A stretch of 64,000 bases of DNA, taken from assembly GCA_965223425.1 (NCBI GenBank), contig OZ245003.1:2176001-2240000 (forward strand), in the 5' to 3' direction. This DNA comes from Nitrosopumilus sp. Lineage in GTDB: Archaea; Thermoproteota; Nitrososphaeria; Nitrososphaerales; Nitrosopumilaceae. Below the pieces are notes generated by a model. That model made no database searches, was not told the DNA's origin, and was given only the letters and a program-made list of their open reading frames with translations. The position numbers and the translations under genes were made by a program. This document shows, piece after piece, positions 1 to 9,726 of this stretch; positions within the stretch are counted from its first letter, which is position 1, and every line of letters starts with the position of its first letter.

Positions 1-808
1 ATTTTCTGCAAATGGTGCTGTTATAGTTTCTGATGGAGAAGACGACGAAAGTGTTATTCCAGTAATTCAAAATGTTCTACCAGTTGTTTCTGTACAACGT
101 GTTGTAATGAAAGTAAGCAGAAGTGTTGAATATTCATACGCAGTTTTTGGAAAATACCTAAAGATGATTGCCTATGATTCACGATACTCAAAATTCTTCT
201 TAGGAGTTCCAGGAATGCTTTTGTTAATTGGCGGAATTGCAAGTGTGTTTGATTTAACCACAGAAATATTTGCAGTTCTTGTAAGTATTTTGGGCGGGGC
301 ATTCATGATTAGAGCATTTGACGTTGATAGGGCATGGTCAAGTTGGTCAAAACCAACTCCGATGGGTTTTATCAGATTTTTTACTATGGTTGCAGGAGTA
401 CTACTAATTCTTTCATCAATACCGGCTGGTGTTAGTACAGTTGATGTAAAATTAATTGAGGCTGATGTAGAAGTTATTGCAAAGATTACAGACAAAGTAA
501 TTATTGGCCAATTTGTTGCAGGGGCATTACCAATTTTATGGATTGGAATGGGCGCCATATTTGCCGGAACACTGCTCAGTAATTGGATTGGAGGAGTTCC
601 AAGACAGATAAGTGACATTTTAAGAATTATTGTTTTAATTGCGCTTTATCCTACCATATCTCAATTTACCAACATAATGATTTATGACGAAAGTTCATTT
701 ACTCTAATTCCGCCGCTGTTAGGAGGATTAGCAGCAACTTTAATCTCAGCTACAATTCTCTTTAAAAAGTACAGAAAGCACAAAGATCAAGAGATGGTTT
801 CAGATTAA
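1..808 (+). CDS. DUF373-family membrane protein (5' partial; frame is open from the window start)
   Basis: Frame upstream of 107 reads ...VIVSDGEDDESVIPVIQ...VQRVVMK, the DUF373 motif, followed by several TM helices. Confidence 0.8.
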   Translation, partial: FSANGAVIVSDGEDDESVIPVIQNVLPVVSVQRVVMKVSRSVEYSYAVFGKYLKMIAYDSRYSKFFLGVPGMLLLIGGIASVFDLTTEIFAVLVSILGGAFMIRAFDVDRAWSSWSKPTPMGFIRFFTMVAGVLLILSSIPAGVSTVDVKLIEADVEVIAKITDKVIIGQFVAGALPILWIGMGAIFAGTLLSNWIGGVPRQISDILRIIVLIALYPTISQFTNIMIYDESSFTLIPPLLGGLAATLISATILFKKYRKHKDQEMVSD

Positions 809-909
809 ATTTGTCTGAATTATCACAAAAATGAATTTCTGAAAACACTGATATCTGCAACGGGATATTAATCATCAAAAGGTGACAAGATATTAGCAAA
901 ATAAAAGAA

Positions 910-1683
910 GTGGTTTTTCAATTATCAGGCCTCTACAGGATCTATGGAAAAAGACTTGAAAATGAGATTCAGAATGGAGATATCCCAAATCATGTCGCTC
1001 TGATTTTAGATGGGAATAGAAGATGGGCCAAAAGACACCTAACAATACCAAAAACAGGGCATTGGAAAGGGGCCGATGCAGTTGAAAACCTTCTTGATTG
1101 GTGTGAAGAATTTGATATTAAAATTGTCACATTGTATGCGCTTTCGGCAGAAAATTTGGACAGAAATGATGATGAATTAGAGCAACTCTATGAACTAATT
1201 CGTATGAGACTTGAAAAGTTGTATAATGATCCTAGAATTCATAGATGCAAAATGAGAGTAAAAGCTATTGGAAGAATTGAATTATTGCCAGACTCAATAA
1301 AGGAGATTTTAAAGCAACTAGACGATGTTACAAGAAATTATGACAGACATTTTCTAAACATAGCCTTAGCATATGGAGGACAATATGAGTTAGTAGATGC
1401 AGTAAAGAAGATTGGAGAAAAAATCAAAGATGGCTCTCTAAATGTTAATGATATTGACAAAAAAGAAATCGAATCGAATCTTTACACATCGCATTTACCA
1501 CAATCATCTCCAGACATGATTTTACGAACATCAGGGGAAAAAAGATTGAGTGGATTTCTAATGTGGCAAAGTGCATATAGTGAACTAGTCTTTATGGACA
1601 TATTTTGGCCCGAGTTTAGAAAAATAGATTTGATGAGGGCAATCAGAACTTTTCAAGAAAGAAAAAGAAGGCTAGGAAAATGA
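910..1683 (+). CDS. uppS: Polyprenyl (undecaprenyl-type) diphosphate synthase, cis-prenyltransferase
   Basis: HVALILDGNRRWA, LYALSAEN and RTSGEKRLSGFLMWQ motifs. Confidence 0.95.
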   Translation: MVFQLSGLYRIYGKRLENEIQNGDIPNHVALILDGNRRWAKRHLTIPKTGHWKGADAVENLLDWCEEFDIKIVTLYALSAENLDRNDDELEQLYELIRMRLEKLYNDPRIHRCKMRVKAIGRIELLPDSIKEILKQLDDVTRNYDRHFLNIALAYGGQYELVDAVKKIGEKIKDGSLNVNDIDKKEIESNLYTSHLPQSSPDMILRTSGEKRLSGFLMWQSAYSELVFMDIFWPEFRKIDLMRAIRTFQERKRRLGK

Positions 1684-2099
1684 TTGAAGAAACTTCAGCA
1701 GGTGTTGTATTATTTAGAAAGGAAGACTCAAAAACTTTATTCCTACTCTTGCATTACCCTTCTGGGCATTGGGATTTTGTAAAAGGGAAAATGGACAAAG
1801 GGGAATCAACACGTGAAACAGCAGTTAGAGAAACAAAGGAAGAAACTGGCATTGCAGACATTACATTTTTGGAAGATTTTGAAGAATGGATTAAATATGA
1901 TTTTCAATATCGGGGGGAATTGGTTCACAAAAAAGTAGTGTTTTTCTTAGCTGAAACAAAAACTAAAGAAGTGGCTATTTCACATGAACATCTTAATTAT
2001 ACATGGATGGATTATAACACATCAATGGGGAAAATTACATTTGATAATGCAAAAACTGTGTTAACAAAAGCGCAGATGCTACTTACCAAGGCTCTGTGA
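1680..2099 (+). CDS. NUDIX hydrolase (Ap4A hydrolase-like)
   Basis: HWDFVKG followed by Nudix box GESTRETAVRETKEETG. Confidence 0.9.
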   Translation: MIEETSAGVVLFRKEDSKTLFLLLHYPSGHWDFVKGKMDKGESTRETAVRETKEETGIADITFLEDFEEWIKYDFQYRGELVHKKVVFFLAETKTKEVAISHEHLNYTWMDYNTSMGKITFDNAKTVLTKAQMLLTKAL

Positions 2100-2825
2100 T
2101 TGCAATTCTTTTACTACGCTAACAGGGTTTTTAGCATTTAGAATGGTTCTGCCAACAATCAGATAATTTGTTCCAGCCGAAATCACTTTATTTGCACTTC
2201 CGCCTTGGGTGCCAACGCCGGGGGAAAAAATGCTTAGTTTTTTTCCTGCTTTTTTAGAACAATATTGTATAATGTTTGGAAAAGTAGCTCCTACCACAAT
2301 TCCATCAACTTTTGAGGTCAGAGCCCAGTCCAGAAATAGTTGATACAGTTGTTGTTTTTTTCTCATTTTTACCTCCATATCATACGATAATTTAGCCTCA
2401 GGCGCGCTCATATGGCATAAAGCTATGACACCTTTCCCATTTTTATGGGCAGATTTTGCTAAATTTTTCAAACTGTCAAGTCCCATTATTGGATTTGCAA
2501 TAACTGCATCAAATCCTAAATTCCAAAGATTTTCAACAGTTGCTCTATTAGTATTTCCAATATCGTTAAGTTTGATGTCTGCAATAGTTTGTAAACCATA
2601 TCTATGAGCTGTCTTGTTGATTTTTAGAATCTCTTTACCACACAAAGGAAGAAGCAGATGAAAATTTAATTTAATTCCACAAAGAAAGGAATGCAGTTGT
2701 TTGATATTTTTGATAGTTTTTGCTTCTAAATTTTTAACAGAAGGATCATAATCATTAGCAAGAATTACGTTTCCATGCGTTTTTGATAGCTTTGCTAATC
2801 TAGTTTTGAAGGTGACCATAATCAA
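2079..2825 (-). CDS. pyrF: Orotidine 5'-phosphate decarboxylase
   Basis: ADIKLNDIGNT, VVGAT, SPGVGTQGG and IVGRTI motifs. Confidence 0.95.
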   Translation of the reverse strand: MIMVTFKTRLAKLSKTHGNVILANDYDPSVKNLEAKTIKNIKQLHSFLCGIKLNFHLLLPLCGKEILKINKTAHRYGLQTIADIKLNDIGNTNRATVENLWNLGFDAVIANPIMGLDSLKNLAKSAHKNGKGVIALCHMSAPEAKLSYDMEVKMRKKQQLYQLFLDWALTSKVDGIVVGATFPNIIQYCSKKAGKKLSIFSPGVGTQGGSANKVISAGTNYLIVGRTILNAKNPVSVVKELQSQSLGK

Positions 2826-3486
2826 CTAAAGGATGAGTGTCTTTTAATTTTATTATTTTGATGTAAGAATAACCGTGTTCGGAGGGATTTTCTACAAAAA
2901 GAGGTTCAGAACCATTAGTTGATGAGAATTTCATAAAGGGTTTTTTTGGATCGCTATTTAGCACTACATGGCAAAAATAAGAGGTTCCTTCTTCATTGAA
3001 GTTCATGAAAACTCCAATAAGCCATTTGTCATTGCGTGGGAACAAAAATAGTGGAAAAGGAACTTCATCAAAACCCCAAGTAAGTTTTGCAAGACTAGAC
3101 ATATCTTCTAACTCAATTGGCTGATATCTATCAAGGGTTCCATTACCAGGCCTCAAGGTTTTTGGAAGCGATTTGATTCTAACGATAGGTGAATAGAGCT
3201 TGCTTGTATCAGAAGTAGAATCAACAATTTCAGATTCTTCCTTTCCTCCTTTTAATCCATAACAAAGATAATGACCGTTATGTTCTAAAGGGGTATAGTA
3301 CACAATGGGTTTTTCCTTGAGAATGTCCATTTGTACTGATAAGATTTTTTGTCCATCATGATCATGTAAAAAAGATACACGTGGTACACGCTCAAGTGCA
3401 CAAACGAGCCTAGAGAACTCTAATGTTGAATTTACTTGAATGTAGCGCGGTAATTTATCACTAGAGGGATTTTTTAATTTGTCCAC
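2800..3486 (-). CDS. Conserved hypothetical protein
   Basis: 228-aa ORF packed between purA and pyrF on the same strand; host-like composition. Confidence 0.7.
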   Translation of the reverse strand: MDKLKNPSSDKLPRYIQVNSTLEFSRLVCALERVPRVSFLHDHDGQKILSVQMDILKEKPIVYYTPLEHNGHYLCYGLKGGKEESEIVDSTSDTSKLYSPIVRIKSLPKTLRPGNGTLDRYQPIELEDMSSLAKLTWGFDEVPFPLFLFPRNDKWLIGVFMNFNEEGTSYFCHVVLNSDPKKPFMKFSSTNGSEPLFVENPSEHGYSYIKIIKLKDTHPLVDYGHLQN

Positions 3487-3535
3487 AAAGATTTCTTGTA
3501 TAGTGTCAAATTAAACTTATCCAAAACTTTGGAGC

Positions 3536-4537
3536 CTAGCTTCTTTTATCAACAACATCATTGATATCCGGGCCAGTACCAATAATTGTCACAGGCGTGT
3601 TTAATTCATCTTCAACGCTTTTTATGAAGGATTTTGCATCATCAGTTAGTTCAGCAAAAGAAGTTTTGCCTGCACAGTCGGGAAAAAGAACATCTAATTT
3701 TGTTATAGAAATTTGTGTTGCGCCATTAAGCATGACTGCACGGCGTGCTAAATCAAAATCAAAGTCAGCCGCACGCCTCTGACGCCCAGTCACAGTACCA
3801 AATTCAGACCATCCTTTTTTTTCAGCCTCATCAAGTGAAAGCTCTTTCTCAAGAGGACCAGTTCCAACACGCGTAACATATGATTTGAAAACAACAATTA
3901 CCTCGTCAACCTTAGTAGGACCAAGACCAACATCGGCACATATTCCAGACGCAGTAACATCTTTTGAGGTCACAAATGGATAGGTTCCATGCCATAAAGA
4001 AAGAAAAGTACCTTGTGTACCTTCAACTAGAACATTCTCATTGGCAGAAAGTGCTGAATTTATCTCCTCTGGAACATCTTTGATAAGTGAAGATAGCGAA
4101 TCAATATCTTTTGCCAATTTTAAAACTCTCATAGCTCTATCTGCATTGGCAGGCCCTGTACCAGAACCGGTGCTTCCAATTTTTTCTTTTAATTCACCTT
4201 TAGAATCTCGTATCAGATGGGTTTCTTCAATAACACCGCAGTGTTTATCAATAAATGAACGTCCCGATGCGTTAAAATCTTGAATTTCTTTTTTTAGGAC
4301 ATCAGGGTTAATAACTACTCCAGGGCCAATCATTACTTTGGCATTCTTGTTAAGAAATCCACTGGGAAGCATTCGAACTTTGTAAGTTTTATCACCGTCT
4401 CTAATTGTATGACCTGCATTTGGACCGGCTCCACCACGTACAATAATTTTTGGATTGTCTTTGATTGCCAAATAGGAGATGATTTTTCCTTTACCTTCAT
4501 CTCCAAAAAATCCGCCAACAACCACAGTAGATGTCAT
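3536..4537 (-). CDS. purA: Adenylosuccinate synthetase
   Basis: GDEGKGK, GPNAGHT, EGTQG and GTVTGRQRR motifs. Confidence 0.97.
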   Translation of the reverse strand: MTSTVVVGGFFGDEGKGKIISYLAIKDNPKIIVRGGAGPNAGHTIRDGDKTYKVRMLPSGFLNKNAKVMIGPGVVINPDVLKKEIQDFNASGRSFIDKHCGVIEETHLIRDSKGELKEKIGSTGSGTGPANADRAMRVLKLAKDIDSLSSLIKDVPEEINSALSANENVLVEGTQGTFLSLWHGTYPFVTSKDVTASGICADVGLGPTKVDEVIVVFKSYVTRVGTGPLEKELSLDEAEKKGWSEFGTVTGRQRRAADFDFDLARRAVMLNGATQISITKLDVLFPDCAGKTSFAELTDDAKSFIKSVEDELNTPVTIIGTGPDINDVVDKRS

Positions 4538-4613
4538 GCTGTTGAGATTTTATTTCGTTTATTTAAGCTAAAGTGTTTGTATATGATTTTTATCCAACAG
4601 TAATTCTTTTAGA

Positions 4614-5078
4614 TTGATGGTTGAAGAAAATTTTGCTGGAAATATCATAATTAGTTTGGCCAGCCTTCCAGATTTTCTTAGAAATCCTATTTTGAAAAAA
4701 AGAATGGTAGAATTTTTTTCAATGTCTGAATCTGAAAGAGATGAGGTCATTAACAATGCATTGGAAGCAGGGCCAACTGTTCCGTTTCCCAACTTTTCCA
4801 AATTGTTTAAAACGTGGCTTAAAATTTTAACAACTCTTTCAGAAGATCAAAGGGAAGGACTGTTTTTAGCATATATTAATAAGGTGTCACAATCCCCACA
4901 AAAATTAATTACCTTCAATCTAGATGGAATTCTTGAAATCTTTTTAACATTAGAGGAAAATGAGAAAGAAATTCTTGCCACCACAATTAAAAAAATCATC
5001 CATAATCTTGATGAAGAGAGAAAAAGGAAGATTATGTTAGTTATACCAAATAACGCCAAACAACACTTGAAATTTTAG
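4614..5078 (+). CDS. Conserved hypothetical helical protein
   Basis: 154-aa ORF divergent from purA. Confidence 0.7.
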   Translation: MMVEENFAGNIIISLASLPDFLRNPILKKRMVEFFSMSESERDEVINNALEAGPTVPFPNFSKLFKTWLKILTTLSEDQREGLFLAYINKVSQSPQKLITFNLDGILEIFLTLEENEKEILATTIKKIIHNLDEERKRKIMLVIPNNAKQHLKF

Positions 5079-5359
5079 GCATCAGCAGGTGGTTCGTCAG
5101 GCTTTCTATTATCCTCATTTGTATAATCAATTATTTCTCCTTCAGGAGACATTACACCAACGAAGATTTTTTCATGTTTTTTCAATAATTTTCTATGATC
5201 AGGCATGGACATGTCAAGTTTCATTTCGTTCATCACCATCACTTGGTATTCTTTCCATTCAGCCCAGCATTTGTTGCAAGTGGGATATTTTTCAGCAACA
5301 ACACCAAGTGCTTCATCATCAGGAATAGCATTCTTACATTTTGTGCAAGTACGACTCAT
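5075..5359 (-). CDS. Fe(II)-trafficking / YggX-like oxidative damage protection protein
   Basis: MSRTCTKC...CWAEWKEYQVMVMNEMKLDM resembles YggX; start re-assigned to the ATG at 5359. Confidence 0.7.
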   Translation of the reverse strand: MSRTCTKCKNAIPDDEALGVVAEKYPTCNKCWAEWKEYQVMVMNEMKLDMSMPDHRKLLKKHEKIFVGVMSPEGEIIDYTNEDNRKPDEPPADA

Positions 5360-5436
5360 AGAAACTAGCAATAAGAAACTCCTTTTATCTTTTTTTGAAG
5401 ACAAAGTAATAATAATTATCAGGAACAGAATTCTAT

Positions 5437-5646
5437 ATGAAGATAAAATGCCCAAAATGCAAGGAAGATGCAGAATTGACAATGGATTTCTCTTTAGTAA
5501 AATGCAGTTCTTGTGATTTGGAAATGAGTTATGGGGAATATGTAAAATTTGTGGCGCACAATGAATCCAAATATTCAGATATTCTCGGAGACTATGCGGG
5601 CAGCACAGAAGGCCAATCTTCAGGCTCATTGGATGAATGGGATTAA
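5437..5646 (+). CDS. Small zinc-finger protein
   Basis: CPKC...CSSC pair and acidic tail. Confidence 0.7.
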   Translation: MKIKCPKCKEDAELTMDFSLVKCSSCDLEMSYGEYVKFVAHNESKYSDILGDYAGSTEGQSSGSLDEWD

Positions 5647-6189
5647 CAACATAGTCAAATAAAAAGTGATGTGATTATATACAAATTCAGCATTATTTTG
5701 TTTTATCTTGTACAAAAAGTAGTTCACCCCTTCTCCGAGTATGCAAGGTCGATAAAGAGCAGGCGCACCGACCTTACTGTCACTGGAAACAAGGGTGTGT
5801 GGGTCTGGAAGAAAAGGCTAGGAAGATACACAAGCCTGGAGCATCCAGACACAGTAGATGAAAATGTACTCTTGACTCGCCCGGGATCCAAGTTTTAGAC
5901 CAACTGTGAAAACAATTCGGACAGAAAAAGCAATTGATCAGTGCCCCTGTCATTCCTTATGCTTTACCAAAAAGATCAACTGGGACACCGTCTTGATACG
6001 GCAGGCAAGGCATTTAAAATGTTGCCTGACATTGTAGACGCGGTAGGCCTCAGCTTCTCTGGGAGACACAACGCGCTATACGGCATGGAGGATTTTATAC
6101 GGGCAGTCATATCGATGTGCAAGTCAGGCTCGTATGCCTCCGGCATCACACAGATGCTCTCAGTACGCCACGCCGCGAGCCGCATACCG

Positions 6190-7320
6190 TAGTGACTAGG
6201 ATAAATAACCGCTCATCCTTGTTATCCTGACCTCACGTCTATACAGCATTGTCCATATGGATTCCTTCATCACCTTTGTGCTTTCATACATCACGTTTGC
6301 AGTGGCCCTTCTTAACAGCCTCCACTGCCCCTCCGTGGTATTCAGCTCCGGGGTGTACACGGGCAAGTAAACAAGGACTATGTCGCCGTCATACGAGTCG
6401 ACAAAATCATTGACCATCTTTGACTTGTGGTATGATGCGTTATCAAGAAAGACGATGATCTTGCCGTGCTTGAGATGCAGGTGTCCGAGCATGTCCACAA
6501 AGCTGTAGCTGTTGGCCTTGGCATAGAACCTGCAGTCAAAGCCGCCGTCGTACAGCGCCCCAAACGAGTAGAACCTTTTGCGCGACAGGCTGACTGGAGT
6601 GGTGACGGGCCTGCCCTTGAGGTACCACCCGTTCTTGGTATTCCACCCAATGATAAAGGAGGCCTCATCAACTGTAATCACCGTATGGTCTGGATGGCTC
6701 CGGATTATCTCCCCTGCTTTTTTTTTAAACTCTTTTTTCTCTGATTCTGAGGCTGACTTGGGTGCTTTGGACGCGGCTTTCTGCACGAAAAGCCCATCCT
6801 GTGCAGTATGTCATATATGCTGACAGTGGCATACTGCACGCCGAACTTTTTTCTGATGTGTACGGCCAGCAGCGGTGCCGTCCACACTCCGGACTCGAAC
6901 CCGCAACTGCGCGGGCCTGCCAGCAGGTCTGCGCGCAGCTGTTCTATCTGTTCCGGATCGAGCTTGTTTGGCGCGCCTTTGTTTTTGATGTCGTACCTGC
7001 CGCAGGTGCCAAGCTGTGCGGCGCGCACAAGCCAGTCCCGTACTGTAGAGTATGACCTGTTGAGGGCCCTGCATATCTGGCGTATGGACATGCCCTCCTT
7101 GCGCATGGCATATGCCAGCAGCCTTGCTGCGGCCCTGGGATCTGTCTCCTTTTTTTGCATGCTGCGCAGGCGCGCACTGGAGACGCCGGACAGGAACCTT
7201 CTGTCTGCCGGTATTGCAGAATTGTTGTATTTCATGCGGATTCTGCCATACACTGGGATCTAGATCTTGTGGTTGAATAATGTTGTCTGTTTTGTGAGCG
7301 ATTGTTAATCCAATTCACTA
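6190..7320 (-). mobile_element. IS630-family element, copy 1
   Basis: Ends TAGTGACTAGGAT / ATCCAATTCACTA; near-identical to 42007..43138. Confidence 0.92.
6196..7253 (-). CDS. IS630 transposase split into HTH (6705-7253) and DDE (6196-6786) frames
   Basis: HTH domain, then VDEA...LDNASYH...YTPELN; 1-nt deletion relative to copy 2. Confidence 0.85.
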
Positions 7321-8437
7321 CGTCATCGGTGTGGGTTCTGGGGAAGATAAGGGACGCATGTTCTGACAGGCACATCATGGAGAAGAGGTGCCGGGAGATG
7401 GTGCGCAAGACCGTACTGTGCGCAACACAGGCAGGCCTCCTGCGCAGAACCCCGCATGTCATGGCAATTGACACGCACAACATACCGCGGTACGACAGGA
7501 GCTCCGATACCAGAGAAAAACAGCTGGTGCGCTCAAAACACAGGAATGGAACCACCAGGTTTGAGGGATACGCCACGATGCAGTGCGTGGACAGGCCCAA
7601 CCTTGATGTGGCATGCAGGCCCCTCAAAAAGGGGTACAAACCTGCCTGTATCGTGCGTGATCTGCTGCAGGACTGCGCCGATGTGGGGGTTCGGTGCAAA
7701 CTGCTGCTGCTGCTTGACCGCGGATTCTTTTCAAGCGATGTCACAAGGGAGATCCGGCAGGCAGATCACAGATTCATCATGCCGGCATCAAAAACTTTTG
7801 CAATAAAAAGGGCAATACTGGATCACCACGACGGCAAGAGGGATGCAGTCTCCACGCACACGCTTATGACACGCAAGCACAAGCAGGGCCAGTCGTTTCG
7901 GCTGGTCATTGTGGCAAAAAAGAAGGGAGATAGGGGGGGGATGGGATTCGGAGAACACACCGGACAGATATTTGGCGTATGCCACCAACCTTGACTGCCG
8001 TAACCCGCTCTTTGAGACAGAAGGAATTCCAGAGGAGTACAAAAAGAGGCGGGGCATAGAAACGGGGTACCGGGACGCAGAGAGATCAAGGCCCAAAACC
8101 ACCAGCCAGAACGCAGTCATCAGAATATTTCTGTTCTTTATGGCACTTGTAATGTATAATTTGTGGGTAATATCGGCTGCAAGATCCAGGAGATGCAATG
8201 GAGGGCGGCGTGATGTTGCCGTTATTCCTCTGCTGATAATGTTCGAGCTGATGGAAAAATTTTCTGCTGATGTGATTCCTGGCAGGGGGATTTGGCCAGA
8301 ACAGCCGTCTGCCGGCTAGTACATTTTCATCTACTGATGAAATACACGATAATCAAAGCCACTTTTCACATTTTTAACAACATAGTAAAATCATTCATCA
8401 GATTAAAATAATTAGTTTAACAAGTTTCTAAACATCA

Positions 8438-9082
8438 TTGGAATTTTTATTAGAAAATATACTTAATCTGATAGGATTTTTGGTAGGACTTGCAATAGGA
8501 ATAATGTCAATTGTTGGATTTCGAAATACTGGCAGTCCTACATTATTTAGACTAACAATTGCATTTTTTTCAATCAGTTTAGGATTTTTTGTTATATGGG
8601 CAGGATATATGGCAGAAGATTTTGTTTTAAAGTCAGGAAACATAGAGAGGTGGGTTCAAACTTTAGGAATCGGAATTCAAACAGTCGGATATTTTTTCAT
8701 TGCATTCTCACACAGCATAAAATCATTTTTTCCAAAATCAAGATATTTTAGATCAATTGGAATTTTTCCATTATTCCTAGTGTCCTCTGTTCAGTTAGAA
8801 CATATCTTTAGATCAGTTTCATTTGTTTTGTTAACGTATGGTGCTATTGAGACAATGTTATCTTATTTTGAAAATAAAAACAGAGGTGCAATTTCAGTAG
8901 CTTTTGGATTAGGACTGTTAGCATTTGGGGAATTTTTAGGATGGTACTCATTTTTATTTCCAGAATCAATCCTCTATTCTGCATCAATGACAATCAAAAT
9001 TGGGGGATTGATTGCATTATTCATTCCTGTAAGCAAAGTGCCACTAACTAAGATAAAATTTGATGAAGATGGATTAGAATAA
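8438..9082 (+). CDS. Multi-pass membrane protein
   Basis: About 7 hydrophobic segments. Confidence 0.75.
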   Translation: MEFLLENILNLIGFLVGLAIGIMSIVGFRNTGSPTLFRLTIAFFSISLGFFVIWAGYMAEDFVLKSGNIERWVQTLGIGIQTVGYFFIAFSHSIKSFFPKSRYFRSIGIFPLFLVSSVQLEHIFRSVSFVLLTYGAIETMLSYFENKNRGAISVAFGLGLLAFGEFLGWYSFLFPESILYSASMTIKIGGLIALFIPVSKVPLTKIKFDEDGLE

Positions 9083-9203
9083 TTTCAACGTAGGCTCAAA
9101 ATTTAGAGTGGGTAAAAAGTTGTCAATTTCTTTTATCTTTTTAGTATATTGGAAAATATCACTGCCCTATCATAGAAATTAGAAGAATAACCAAATAGAG
9201 AAA

Positions 9204-9491
9204 ATGGCAGAATATAGAACTCATATGAAAATTATTGGCGACATTCTAGCAACAACTCGAGACGATCTACAAGATGCAGATGGGGCATCAGTTACTTATC
9301 TAATCAGAAAGGCAAACATTTCTCATTCCAGAATTTCGAGAATTTTGAAAACACTAGTGTCACAAGGACTATTAGAACAAGTAGACACTCAAGGTTCAAA
9401 CAAATACAGAATTAGTCAATCGGGTAGAGAATTTCTTCAGGCATATTATACATTTACAAATTTTGCAGATAACTTTGGACTAAGTATCTAG
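9204..9491 (+). CDS. Winged-helix transcriptional regulator (DUF4364/ArnR1-like)
   Basis: YRTHMKII.DIL...KANISHSR...YRISQSGREFL; paralog at 27876. Confidence 0.85.
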   Translation: MAEYRTHMKIIGDILATTRDDLQDADGASVTYLIRKANISHSRISRILKTLVSQGLLEQVDTQGSNKYRISQSGREFLQAYYTFTNFADNFGLSI

Positions 9492-9568
9492 TCATCAGTT
9501 TCTTCAAATTCATCATCAAAATCATCTTCAAAATCTCTATTTTCATAATCAGAAGATGATTCAAACAT
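9488..9568 (-). CDS. Putative 26-aa highly acidic micropeptide
   Basis: MFESSSDYENRDFEDDFDDEFEETDD*; stop overlaps the stop of the convergent gene. Confidence 0.45.
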   Translation of the reverse strand: MFESSSDYENRDFEDDFDDEFEETDD

Positions 9569-9726
9569 GCTTTACAAATGAAAATTCATCATTATTAAAA
9601 ACTTGTTCAAAAGTAAAGTATGAGGTCACCTCCCCTACACTATCTTTGAGACATCATCTGCCAGTGGTTTCGGGGTTGTCGCCAAATTCACATCAAGCTG
9701 CCACCACCTGAATATTTCGCCTTGCG

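Larger units (their letters stand above)
5941..8319 (+). pseudogene. ISH3/IS4-like DDE transposase pseudogene in three pieces (5941-6189, 7321-7994, 7909-8319)
   Basis: AIDTH, LLDRGF and YKKRRGIETGYR motifs; interrupted by IS630 and frameshifted near the purine/G8 run at ~7915-7945. Confidence 0.85.
5852..8336 (+). mobile_element. ISH3-family-like IS (disrupted)
   Basis: 19-bp perfect IR CAGTAGATGAAAATGTACT at 5852 and 8318-8336; no matching TSD. Confidence 0.85.
5656..8373. mobile_element. Degenerate outer insertion flanked by 13-bp direct repeat TTAACAACATAGT
   Basis: Direct repeat at 5643-5655 and 8374-8386; imperfect inverted ends (AAAAGTG...TGATTAT / ATAATCA...CACTTTT). Confidence 0.55.

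Noticed and set aside
5075-5629. 184-aa ORF as called in the track
   Set aside because: The N-terminal half overlaps the divergent zinc-finger gene; the plausible start is 5359
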